The notes beneath the pieces are model-generated. The model did not search any database. It had not been told where the DNA came from and worked only from the letters and a program-made list of their open reading frames with translations. Below, one piece after another: positions 1 through 12,437 of a stretch of 64,000 nt of DNA. The stretch lies in assembly GCF_040938485.1 (NCBI RefSeq), contig NW_027271030.1:1612001-1676000 (forward strand). Direction: 5' to 3'. The translations under genes and the position numbers were made by a program. Numbering within the stretch: position 1 is the stretch's first letter; each line of letters starts with the position of its first letter. This DNA comes from Diadema antillarum (Eukaryota).

Positions 1-300
1 CTCGGACGAACGATCAAATACGGCGATGCGTTCGGCGCTTCGAATGCAAATGTGTGTTCGATATCTTGCTGTGGTATCCCCGTATTATTGACACAAACCG
101 ATCTTACAAACTGTGTAAAGTGGCCCAGTCTTACGGTGGCGTGGTATGTAAGTCAATATTTGGCTTGCGAATCTTAGGAAAGCAGTTTAAATTGTAAACC
201 TGACCTTCGTCCGACATTAAGAAATGAATGTATGAACTTCAAGGTTATATTACAAGACCTTCTTTCTGAATGCGTCAGTCCTCTTGTCAATGGAATGGAC
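1..300 (-). promoter_or_regulatory. Upstream module copy 0 (its gene would lie left of the window)
   Basis: Contains GACACAAA.CGATCTT, GGTGGCGTG and TGACCTTCGTCCGA in the same order as the module upstream of ST-2 to ST-6. Confidence 0.6.
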
Positions 301-852
301 TGTTTTAACTGGAGTGTTCTATGATATAAATGTGATATTGCCAATGCAAGCTATTTGCATTAGTTAAAGTACACTCTGGAAAGATTTCCAGAGTGTAACT
401 TATACTGCACTGTCTCTAAACTAATGTGCATTATTCCCTTGAAATTGAGCTTGCACGCGGTGCATGTTGCTTTCGGGGATATCAACTGCTCACATCAACA
501 AGCGTGTTTAGGGCAATTACCCCCTTGGCAATTAAATATACCCCAGACCCTTCCCCTGACACTAAACCCTTATCCCAATCCTGAACTTAATCCTAACCGT
601 AACCCAAACTCTAACCCTTAATCTAACCCTAACCCTAATCTTTGCTCTGACCTTATCACTAACCCGTATTTAGCCGGGGAGGGGGGGGGGGGGGATAATT
701 GTCCTCAGGGGTTACCCTGCTGATACGCAACAAGCCAATAAATGTGGTGTCGGGCTGTCTAACCCATTGTGTTCCTGTTGGTTGTATAAAGTTTTGTCAC
801 GTAACTATCAAAACCATGCATGACCACGATTTATATGACTTCGAGATTGTTG

Positions 853-2956
853 GGCTCTGTCACACCTTTCCGGTGCAAGCCTTGCGAAGAACAATGTTTG
901 CCATCCGAATGTCCCCGCAGATGGCCCGCACATGACAGTACCTTCCACGTATCTCGCCTGTAGTTGCCCTGAGTTGAGCAAGCAAGTCCCATTTACCTGC
1001 AGCCAAGTTTAGGCCCTAGCTGTCACACCTTTCCGGGCAAGCTACACGGGCTTGTTATGTGGGGATTTTCCACCATGCTGGACAATTTTTATTCATTTAT
1101 TTATTTTTTTTTGCGGGCGGGCGGGCAAGGATCTGGGGGCGTTTCGCATGCACCTTACCTGTTGGACCAGTGCTACTTACAATCTATGTACTTAATGTAT
1201 TCCGTGTGACCTGCGTGTCAGGCGGATGGGTATGGAGTGAGGGCTGACAACTCGCTGAAGGAATCCCTCTGAAGGAATATAATATGCCAGAGTTAGCACA
1301 GAATGTCATTATCTTGGTAGCAGCCGACTCTCAAGTAAACCAGCAGAAAGGCAGTATATAACTGACCCTCAGCATCCACGCAATTTGCTCGCGTAGCTGG
1401 CTCCACACCAGCTTCACGGATGTTAACAGTATCGACACCATTCCTTGCCAGTAAAACACCCTTATTATGCTCGAAGAATGCCGGCAGATGACGTGTGTGT
1501 CTGGCGCGTAGGCATAATCCCACGGGCGACTTACGTATTTCAAGCGGATTGACTGCCTGTGACCTGCGGCAAGTACGGGTCTCATACTGGTGTTCTGCGT
1601 GGACCTTTGCAAGGCAATACGCGCGACTCACCAGGAACAAGTTTTGAGCATGACATCTCAGACAACGAAGGGCAGGATACGTGCTAGGTACTGTCAGGTG
1701 CAGGCCATTTGCGGGGAGCTCGGGGTAGCAAAATAATGTTGTTTTCCGCAAGTCAACACACAAGGCTTCCCCAGACACGATGTGACAAGGCCTTAAGCAC
1801 GCTCAAAACTTGTTAAAGATGAGTAGCGGGGGTTTGCCCGCAGAGGTCAACGTAGAACACGAGTAAGAGGCCCTTGGCGGCAGCACCTCTCAGGCAACAC
1901 CCACGCAGTTACCACGCAGCTGTAACGCAGGTACTTCGCAGTGCCCGTATGTCACTCGGAACTGAAAATGGATCGGCTTCGAAGCTCTCACGCAGGTCAA
2001 CTGGGATACACGCAAGTAGAAGGTAAGTAGGTAATGACTTACGTGAGAGCTTTGAGACCGATCCGTTTTCTGTTACGAGCGACTTACAGGTACTGAGAAG
2101 TACTTGCGTTGGAGTTGCCTGAGAGATGATGCCGGTATGGGTCTCCTACTGGTGTTCTGCGTTAACCTCTGCGAGCGTACCCCCACGACTCACTCGGAAC
2201 AAGTTTTGAGCATACTCAAGGCCTTATCATACCGTATCTGGGGAAGTTTTGCGGCTTGACTTGCGAGGAAACAAATTTGCTACCTGGAGCTCTCCGCAGT
2301 TGGTCCACACCTGACAGTATCTAGCGCATATCTCGCCTGTAGTTGCCCGGATGTGCGAACGAAGTCCGATTTAACCTCAGCCAAGTTTTGAGCATGACCA
2401 AAACTTTTTCCGGGTGAGTCGCGGGGATGCCCGGAGAGGTCCACTCAAAACGCCAGTAGGAGGCCCTGAGCGGAGGCATCTCGCAGGCAACTCCCACGCA
2501 GGTACTTCGCAGTCCCCATATATGCAGTCAAAATAATGACATTTTGTCAGACTTATGCCATTCCTTCAAAGGAATTCCATCACTGAGTTGTCAGCCCCCA
2601 CGTGCCTGGAACACAGGTCACACAGTATACCCGCAAGTACAGAATTTAAGTAGAACGCGTCTAGCAACTAAGACACATGCACTGACTCGCCCAAATCCTT
2701 GTCCGCCCTCGGAAAATTGTCTGGTATGCTGGAAAATTCCTACACGCAACAATCCCACGTAGCTTGCCCGGAAAGATGTGACAGGGCCTAAACATGTTTG
2801 CGAGTAAAAAGATTGACGTGCGCACATCCGGGCGACTACGGGTGAGATACGTGCTAGGTACTGTCATGTGCGGGTCATCTGCGGGGACCTCCGGGTAGTC
2901 AAAATTGTTCTTCGCAAGTCGCACGCAAGGCGTGCCCGGAAAGGTGTGACACTGCC
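853..2956. mobile_element. PIF/Harbinger-like non-autonomous foldback cluster
   Basis: About 240-bp inverted arms (853-1090 and 2705-2956). Recurring termini of the form GTGTGACA.GGCC|TTA at 1781-1795, 2944-2959 and 3657-3672. A further partial copy lies at 3547-3669. Superfamily is inferred from terminus and TTA target. Confidence 0.55.
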
Positions 2957-3673
2957 TTTAAACTTGACTGAGGAGAAATAGGACTCGCGTGCACACTATA
3001 GCTGGTAATTCTAATTCTAATTCTAATTTTTCTTTGAATGTTAGTACTTGTATGTTCACTCTTTAGGCTTCCCGTATCTCTTCCGAGGACTCGCATGTCG
3101 AGTTGTTGTTTTTTTCAGCATTATTCAAATCGTATTATTACACTATTGTGAACATTGCTAAATCAACTGTTCTTACGTCTGCAGAATGTGGTTGTCTGTA
3201 TATCACTATTTTGTATCGAGAAGATTCTGTTATTGCCCCGGGTATTTTGCCTTTCATTTTTGTTTTTATTTATTTTGGTCCTACGTTGCATCCGTGCTCC
3301 TCATATGTATCTTGCACTCTATTCAGAATTTGGGACCTACGCTTAACAAGCTCGCTTTTAAGTAGGTTCCATCATATTTCTTTAGCGTTATACATAGAGC
3401 AAACGTACGATGATTGACCGCTATGTTTTATATGTTTACATTAACTTACTGTGCATCCAAGCCGGATATTATGATTCACTATGTTTTTATTATATTTGAT
3501 GTACATTCCTCCATTGAGAAATATGAAAATAAATTGAATTGAAAAAGATACGTACTAGGCACTGTCATGTGCGGGCCATCTGCGAGAACCTCCGGAAAGC
3601 AAAAATAAAATGCCTACGACAAGTCATACGCATGGCTTACACTCTGACGCTGAAAGGTGTGACAGGACCTTAA

Positions 3674-4057
3674 AGGGATCATACAGTTTTGGTTCAGACC
3701 TAATTTCAGGTTTCTAACATTTTTTTGGTGAAATAATGCGAAACTTCTTATGAAATATGAAAGAGCATGTAATTGTATGATTACTTCAAAGTTTATTTGA
3801 TGATCATTGGTTTTGAAATGGCTGAGATATCCAAAAAAGAGCGATTCTAATAAAGTGTAGGACCCACACTTCATTACAATTGCTTTGTTTTACTTTGTTT
3901 TTGGATGTTTCAGTCATTCCAAACCCGATTTCCATCAAATAAACTTTGAATTCCTCTTAAAATGGTATGCTCTGTACTATATCATAAGTGTTTTCTTGGT
4001 ATCTTGCAAAAAGTTGAAAGCCCAATTCTCATCTCCACCAATACTGTACTTATCCCT
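3674..4057. mobile_element. TTAA-flanked MITE (Kolobok/piggyBac-type)
   Basis: TTAA|AGGGAT...ATCCCT|TTAA with imperfect TIRs. The same family occurs at 62111-62487 and near 63950. Confidence 0.65.
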
Positions 4058-5933
4058 TTAAACGTCTGCTTGGAACTGCCTTAAAACAATCCTCATGACT
4101 GTCCCGTTTCTTAGTACAAGAGGGCATTATAATAATTGACTGCATAACAGTGACTTCATTGTAAGGAATCTTCCCCATTGACTTTTGTATTACCAACTGC
4201 ATTTGACCAGGGGGAAATCATCTTCGATATTATCTTTTGTACAGTTTTTTTTTTTTAAATACAATTATTATACATCCTGGATCTGGATGTTTAGCCCTTT
4301 TGAATGGTACGAAGGGTCAACAATAACTATGTTGATGGTATTAAAGGTGGATTAAACGTCAATATACATGGTGACATGGAAGTCTTAAAATGAGCGTTAT
4401 TACTTGCACATGTTGAATATTAACTCATAACATATTAAAGTTGGAACATTTTGAAATCTTTGACAAATTACTTTTTTGTTATCATCCTCTCATTATGAAC
4501 CACTTTGTGCTACTCTCTTTTGTGATTTTGTGATTTTTTTTTTTCGTTTTCTTTTGTAACAGACATTTTCAACCTTAGGTATCCATAATTATTCAGTAAT
4601 TATTTACCCGCTTTTGCACTTTCTATTTTTGTCTAACAATTTAGCCCGACACGTCTAAATGTTCCTTTAGAGTATGTGTATAATTGATGTAACCTCATAC
4701 AAATTCTGTATTGTGGTTCAAGAACTGATTACAAAGATATCAAGAAATTTGAATTACTGATTCAGGGTTATACGACATAAATCTTAGATACCTAAAAGCA
4801 ACGAAAAATGGAAAAGATCGATACAAAATGAGTCACAGTACAAAGATCTTAGAAAGAAAGTACTCGCAGAATCCAGTCCAGTGCTGTGAAAATGTCTGTA
4901 AACATTTAAATTGTTTTACTTTGTTTTTGGATGTTTCAGTCATTCCAAACCCGATTTCCATCAAATAAACTTTGAATTCCTCTTAAAATGGTATGCTCTG
5001 TACTATATCATAAGTGTTTTCTTGGTATCTTGCAAAAAGTTGAAAGCCCAATTCTCATCTCCACCAATACTGTACTTATCCCTTTAAACGTCTGCTTGGA
5101 ACTGCCTTAAAACAATCCTCATGACTGTCCCGTTTCTTAGTACAAGAGGGCATTATAATAATTGACTGCATAACAGTGACTTCATTGTAAGGAATCTTCC
5201 CCATTGACTTTTGTATTACCAACTGCATTTGACCAGGGGGAAATCATCTTCGATATTATCTTTTGTACAGTTTTTTTTTTTAAATACAATTATTATACAT
5301 CCTGGATCTGGATGTTTAGCCCTTTTGAATGGTACGAAGGGTCAACAATAACTATGTTGATGGTATTAAAGGTGGATTAAACGTCAATATACATGGTGAC
5401 ATGGAAGTCTTAAAATGAGCGTTATTACTTGCACATGTTGAATATTAACTCATAACATATTAAAGTTGGAACATTTTGAAATCTTTGACAAATTACTTTT
5501 TTGTTATCATCCTCTCATTATGAACCACTTTGTGCTACTCTCTTTTGTGATTTTGTGATTTTTTTTTTCGTTTTCTTTTGTAACAGACATTTTCAACCTT
5601 AGGTATCCATAATTATTCAGTAATTATTTACCCGCTTTTGCACTTTCTATTTTTGTCTAACAATTTAGCCCGACACGTCTAAATGTTCCTTTAGAGTATG
5701 TGTATAATTGATGTAACCTCATACAAATTCTGTATTGTGGTTCAAGGACTGATTACAAAGATATCAAGAAATTTGAATTACTGATTCAGGGTTATACGAC
5801 ATAAATCTTAGATACCTAAAAGCAACGAAAAATTGAAAAGATCGATACAAAATGAGTCACAGTACAAAGATCTTAGAAAGAAAGTACTCGCAGAATCCAG
5901 TCCAGTGCTGTGAAAATGTCTGTAAACATTTAA
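3885..5933. repeat. Near-identical tandem duplication of about 1,025 bp
   Basis: 3885-4910 is repeated at 4911-5933. I saw only two substitutions and a poly-T length difference. Confidence 0.9.
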
Positions 5934-6481
5934 TGAATTATGTTATTAATGCACTCCAACCAGCAAAATAGAACTATTACCATTAATATCATGATAACAC
6001 CAAAGATGATATAAGAAAAGCCTAGCAACTATCAATGGTACAGATGAAAAATTAATTGTAAATGCGCTTTATGATCTTTTTCTTGTAACTATTGAAAATT
6101 AATGATTGTCAAAACAAGACACTGATCTGTGATTAATATCACAATATATCATCTATGTGTAATGTCTAATAATGGTTATAATAATTCACAACAAAATTCT
6201 CCGTGCGCTTGATATAACATATACAATCATCAGTACTTAAACAGATAAGTTTTCAGTGCCTTCTTGAAAGAATCTAATTGTGCATTTGTCGTGCCTAAAG
6301 GCATGTGAGCTCGTACCAGCTCTAAAATTTTTAGTACCAATTTATACATGGGCACTATTTTCAAACCTTTCTTCGGAAATTTGTATCGCGCATGCTTGAA
6401 GTGATCTTTTCTTTGCGAATGATATCGTTTCCGTACAACTCTCCCTTGGATTAGGAATGTAGATTTGTACGCACTTAAACG

Positions 6482-6516
<35 letters not shown>

Positions 6517-7066
6517 ACTTTAACCTTCAATCGTGAATATCATGTTCCTGTCAACGACAGTAACGGAAACCTATTCCTCCGACTAAGGACTATAAGATAA
6601 AAACAACTGTAGAGTAATTCATCTGTTTTTTTTCTGAATTTGTCTTAACCCTAAGCTAGTGAGAAATCAAAATGAAGAATAAAGAGAGACTTTGATGACA
6701 TTGTCGTTATCATTTTGATCGATTCCAAGCTATGGAGAAAGAAGATCTGCTCCGGCTTCGTGGCTACATCCGTAACCATAAAAACCGAGAAACTGGATTT
6801 AAAAAACAAACAAACAAACTTTTTACACTACACCATCATTTGATTAGGATCCATATCATCAGGTTATTATTACCAGGCATTATCAAACTTAAGCTAAGTG
6901 AACAGTAGGTATGGTCTTTAAGTTGAAATAAAAAGGGTAATACTCATCCAGATATTTCATTATAAAAAGGATCCTTATCACCATATTATGATAATGTGGG
7001 ATACTTTAAATTTCTATCTAGGAGCCATTCTTTTTGTGATAATGTTGAATTTCTTACAAAACGTTA

Positions 7067-7471
7067 TGCCCCAGTCACATGGACATCCCGGATCACCCCG
7101 GACCAACCCGGATCTGATCCGGGGAGAAATCCGTGTTGACACCGGGAGGCCAACACGGCAACTTTTGGATGTCAAAACATCCGGCGTCATCCGGGGATTG
7201 CCGTGTTGGCAGAGCAATCCGGGTGGTCCGTGTGGCTGCCGTGTAGATGCCGTGTTGATCCGTGTAGCTGCCGTGTTGATATGTGTAGATGCCGTGTTTG
7301 TCCGTGTAGACGCAGCGCTCTTCCGGCCTCATCCGTGTAGCTGCTGTGTTGATACCGTGTGTACAGTCATACCAAAATCCCGGATCTCCCCGAATCTCCC
7401 CGGACGTCCCCGGATTTCCCCGGATCACCGTGTAGATCCTTGAGCATCCGTGTTTATATGTGACTGGGGCA
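7067..7471. mobile_element. Harbinger-like MITE, 405 bp
   Basis: TIR TGCCCCAGTCACAT / ATGTGACTGGGGCA with TTA target duplication at 7064-7066 and 7472-7474. Confidence 0.75.
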
Positions 7472-8328
7472 TTATATTCATGAATCATAATATTATAACA
7501 AACTACTTCAATAGTTTACATGGACTTAATCATCTGTAGGTGTAAATATCGCAACTACTTGTCATTTCAGAACGAACAATCTAGTATACGTGGGTTAAAT
7601 TTGATATATGTATCGAAAGCTTTCCTCTTCGCGACAAGACTCCATTTCATTTGTAGTTGTTAAATTCGATCCTCAACTATTAAACAATGAAGGACCATAC
7701 TTCCATACCACAAAATATTCTATCAAAAACATTTGGAATTCAATTTCTTATCCTTTCGCTAGCATATCTTTGCAGAAAATGTACTTCATGATTTGGGGTC
7801 TTTTATGCTTTTTTGTTGGGGGGGGGGGGGGGTTCGCTGAAAAAAAGGAAGAATATTTTCAATATTTGCCAAACTGCAAGCAGAAACATTTTGTTTCTGA
7901 TAAAATTTTGAAGAAGAATTATTGATTTGCTGAGGAATCAATACTTTCTTGCCATGGTACACTGACGAATAGAAGTATTGATTTTAAATTCACTACACTG
8001 ACTTGTGTATGTTTTGCTTTAGTAGTAGTAACGCGTATAAGATCTGACACCATTTTACTTATGGTCGCACTGAAATGTAATTACCTCAGTATAACACCAA
8101 GTCAATTTACTTCTGGACGGCTTTCAAAATTTAATGTTAAGAACTCATGTCTAGGAAAGAAAAGAGACGAGTTATTCCCGTTAAATCACTTTGCGTGATT
8201 ACGTAATTGTGTGACAAGTGGATAAACTTGTATACCCGAGGGTAACCATATTTTAAAAGTAAACCTAAATCAATAAGTGGGTTCTCTACCTGAGGTATTT
8301 ATAAAGAATAAACTAGTGTCTTTAGAAT

Positions 8329-9661
8329 TTACGAAGGGGTTATTCTAAACTTGTACATTTCCTCGTAGTACGGCATTTCTTTCTCGGCAACCTCCCTGAT
8401 ATCCTTTGTCGCCCCGTCAAGAGAAGCGGAAGTGGGAGAAGGTTTGAAACAAGTACTCTTAAAGGCATTGGCAAACCACACATTATAGCGTGGAGCCTCA
8501 AGTACATTTGAACAGACATTCTGCCACGTACGGACCACATCGGATGAGGCGTCCCAAGTTACGTAATCCTCTGAGTACGGAATACCCAGTGCCCGGAAGA
8601 GCAGTGGAAGTAATGTTGCCGGATCATCCACGAGTTCATCGATGTCGACAATGACCGGGTTGTCATCGACGTTTTCTCGAATGTGGCACCATAATTCGTG
8701 GATTGCCTTGAAAAAGTAAAGCGTTCCTTCCTCGGGTGCCGGTGCATAATTCATAACATTGAAGGTTTCTGGGTCCGGTTTCGTCATATTCCATAGTACT
8801 TGATCGGGATCTGATCCCTCTACTGTTTTCAGCAGTGTTTTCCTAAAAGATTTGTACGTCTTCACAGGATGTCGTATGAGGAAGCAATGTCGAAAACCAC
8901 TGGATGGATCAGGCAGGTACTTGTATCGGCTTGGTGGCATGCCGAAGGCCATGTCTTTGATGAAGACAAATTTCTTGGTTGGAGGAATCGAGTCGAATAT
9001 TTGCTTCAGTTTAGCAGGTCTATGGATATGAGGATAGAGATAATGATTGATGAGTTTTCTAGTTTCTATATATTTTTGTGTACGCCTTGAATTTCTAATA
9101 TTATTATGAAGTAATACACCTCAGACTGTGGGTACAAAGAATGGAACAATCATTTTCTTTGAGTGTAATTGTAAAGTCGTGTAAGTTGTGCAAACATTTG
9201 AGATTGTTTTAGCATAAGCGGACCAAGTTGTAATACAAAACATTTTTCCCATTCCTATATTTCTACTTTCAAAAATGTCCCTTAATGTACATTAGGCTCT
9301 ACACAATTCTGAGACAAGTAGGACATACACCTACTATCATACGGTAATGATTTGTTTGTAAACATGACACTTACGACAGCAGGTCGAGCTTGAAGGACTT
9401 TGTGTCAACACCCAAATTTAAGTTCTTTGCTGTTTCAACGTAGATCTCCTCGTTACCATCAATATCAGCAGGAAGCGGGACGGAAAGATAACCTTCACAA
9501 ATTTCTCTGGCAATCCTGGAAATAACGTACGGCTCCAGCCAGACTTCTGCACCGTCAACAAAACTCAAGCATTTTGTCATTCCTGTCGACACCGACCGGG
9601 GAGAGCACCACATGATAACCCGTGCTGGTTCGTCGTATGTAGCTTCTGCGTCAGTGGCCAT
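8329..9661 (-). CDS. ST-1: sulfotransferase-fold (P-loop) protein, 325 aa, 2 coding exons
   Basis: Exon A 9661-9375 ends TC|GTAAGT. Exon B 9019-8329 starts after CATAG|A. The phase-2 join reads LLS-PAKLKQIFDS. CDS is 978 nt with no stops. Motifs WCSPRSVST and FLIRHPVK are present. Family assignment is from remembered motifs, not a search. Confidence 0.9.
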
Positions 9662-9909
9662 TTTATTTCTCCGAAAGGATGGCTAGCGGGTTATGGAAAG
9701 CAGATACACACATTTCATCGATAACGTTGCTCAAATCAATATATTTTTTTAAAGACTGATTTTGATTCACCTGATCATGGTATGTCAGAATGTTGGCATG
9801 TTTGTCACTCCATGGCACACCATTTGCAAAATCTCGTCACTTTATGACGATATTTTGTAAAGAGTATAATACACTTTACTATAAAAAATGATGTCATAAA
9901 GCGATCGTG

Positions 9910-10590
9910 ACATCACAAAGCGAGACATCGTGCGCTGCTTCGTATACCATCACTATGTGAAAAGAATGTAACAATTTCTAACAAAAAGCTATGACGTCAC
10001 ATATCACTTCTGACATCGCGCACTGGTTTGTAACGTCAGTCTGCGAAATGTTACCATTTCGAACACAATTGTGACATAACAAAGCAATGATGACATCGTG
10101 CGCTGCTTCGTAACGTCATTCTGTGAAATGTTACAATTTCGAACAAAACAATTGTGACATAATAAAGCAATGGTGACATCGTGCGCTGCTTCAAAACGTC
10201 ACTCTGTGAAATGTTACCATTACGAACAAAACAATTGTGACATAACAAAGCAATGATGACATCGCGCACTGCTTCGTAACGTCACTCTGTGAAATGTTAC
10301 CATTTCGAACAATACAATTGTGACATAACAAAGCAATGATGACATCGCGCACTGCTCTGTGAAATGTTACAATTTCGAATAAAACAATTGTGACATAACA
10401 AAGCACTTCTGACATCGCGCACTGCTCCGAAACGTCACTCTATGAAATGTACAATTTCGAGAAAAAAAAACAACAATTGTGACATAACAAAGCAATGATG
10501 ACATTGTGTGCTGCTTCGTAACGTCACTCTGTGAATTGTAACAATTTCGCACAAGAAAAAAGCGACATAAATAAGCAATACTGACATCGT
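9910..10590. repeat. ~83-bp minisatellite, about 8 units
   Basis: GTGACATAA starts at 10071, 10154, 10237, 10320, 10390 and 10479. Confidence 0.9.
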
Positions 10591-10722
10591 TGGCTGCAGC
10601 TGCGTACGGTCAGTGTAGGATCCCTCCGCAACATCACATCAACCACACGACTTCTCGCCTATCACTTTTCCCTTCTTTTATTAAAGTATCAGACCCGAAA
10701 TATGTATATAGAGATATATATA

Positions 10723-10974
10723 CAGTTAACAACAACATTATTCATACCCCTGGGAAATTTTTAGTTTTGAGCAGATTTCTCACAAGTAAAGGATTAAGTG
10801 ATGTGATTGGGTGTTATATCTTAACATTTCTATTGTTATGCAAATGATGTGAAACTGTAATTAATGTCAATTTATAGAGGACAAATAAGAGTAAAAAGTT
10901 AATCACTCCATCATTCACTTGTAAGAAATCTGCTCAAAACTAATAATTTCTCAGGGTATGAATAATTTTGTTGT

Positions 10975-10979
<5 letters not shown>
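10723..10979. mobile_element. TA-flanked MITE (Tc1/mariner-like termini)
   Basis: About 65-bp imperfect TIRs set in (TA)n. A second copy lies at 25281-25522. Confidence 0.6.
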
Positions 10980-11019
<40 letters not shown>

Positions 11020-11375
11020 GTATAAACTCCATTTAAAGTATTCTCGTTACAACTCTAAGCCTCGGTGCCTCCAAAAATATTCTTTACTTCGGGGGTGTGC
11101 CCTTCAATGAATAGTATTATTTTGGCGTCGTTTTAAACAGAAACTCTCAAGGCAATGTACACTAGCATTAGGCAATGACGGACCCATCCATTATAGTTAT
11201 CTATCATTGAAAAGCGAGCTTTAAGTATTTAGTTATGTAATGTTTTGACTTTGAAATATCAGAAACAAATTTCTGGACTTATTTTGTACAAGTACAAACA
11301 TTATACTTACAGAGCAGTTCGGTACTAGGTCAACAGTAGCAATGTCTTGCGCGTAATGTAATAGCTGGTGCTTAC

Positions 11376-12394
11376 CTATACACGTAGCGTTTAGCTGAAA
11401 ACGGACCCTCTTATACCCTTCGATACGTTTTTTCGTGTTAGCAACCCGAATTTAGTTCAAATCTTATGCGTGTCGCGTTGTAAATGCCAGTGTGTATTGG
11501 ATATCTTGCCACTATTATCTATCTAAACCTCTCTTTTGTTGACACAAAGAGATTTTACAAACTTTGTATAGTAGGTAGGTCTCGTGATGGCGTGATAGTT
11601 AAGTCGTTTTTCCAAAGCTTACAATAAAATTCACCGGCGTAGCCGGGGGGAGGGGTGGGCTCGCCCCTAACCCCCAGGATTTAGAAATGAGATTATCCCA
11701 TAAATGTGAGATACAAGAAGAAATCCCCGAGATATTTGAAATCCTTTCCTCCGTTTTTTTTTTCCTGTTAGAATTTTTCATTCTTTTTTATTTTCAGGAT
11801 GAAATAAAATTAAGTGAGAAGTGATCATACTACGGTGACAAGTTTAGCAGACCCCGCGTCTTAAGCCTATATTACGCGTGCGTTCGTATGTACACACGTA
11901 GGCCTACCCCTCGTATTGGAAGGTTTGCTGATAGCCCTCCCCATAGCGTCCCCCTGTATACTCGTCCCCCTCCATCTATAGACTGTAAGGCTACACTTTG
12001 GAGATTGACAGTTTTCTAAATATTCCACAAAATGTATGCACCAGATCATTGAATTGAATTATAAATAATCTCCCTCTTGTGGGAGGGGCAATAGCGTTTA
12101 CCTCCTCCCATCCTTCTGCTGCTTGGTCTCCCTCCACAGACTTACTGTTCTTCATTGAAAACTTTCTCAATATTCAACTAAAACGTGTTGGCCAGATCGT
12201 TGAATTTCAGTGCAAAAGCTCCCTCAAAATTGATACGGGAGAGATATTAATTGGTCCTCTGTATAGAGTTAGTACATTTTTTGGAATGACAATTATGAAA
12301 ACGGATTGACGCCAGACGATTGTAATATTTTGAGCTCATATTAATTTTTACGTTAATTGGACCTTATATATCAATTGCATGTTTCTAACAAGAA

Positions 12395-12437
<43 letters not shown>

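Noticed and set aside
575-665. Interstitial telomere (TAACCC-like)
   Set aside because: Degenerate and embedded in a small inverted-repeat element; similar tracts lie inside the intronic MITEs.
1293-1778. 161-aa ORF as a possible transposase
   Set aside because: It is made of the non-coding repeat module and has no DDE or Myb-like motif.
6988-7488. 151-aa and 131-aa ORFs
   Set aside because: They are low-complexity translations of the Harbinger-like MITE.
8340-9090. Recurrent 62-92 aa alternative-frame and antisense ORFs in every paralog
   Set aside because: They are by-products of the duplicated CDS; starts and lengths vary and there is no independent motif.
9910-10590. CRISPR-like array (also considered for 59780-60620)
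   Set aside because: Whole units repeat with no unique spacers, there are no cas genes, and the context is eukaryotic.
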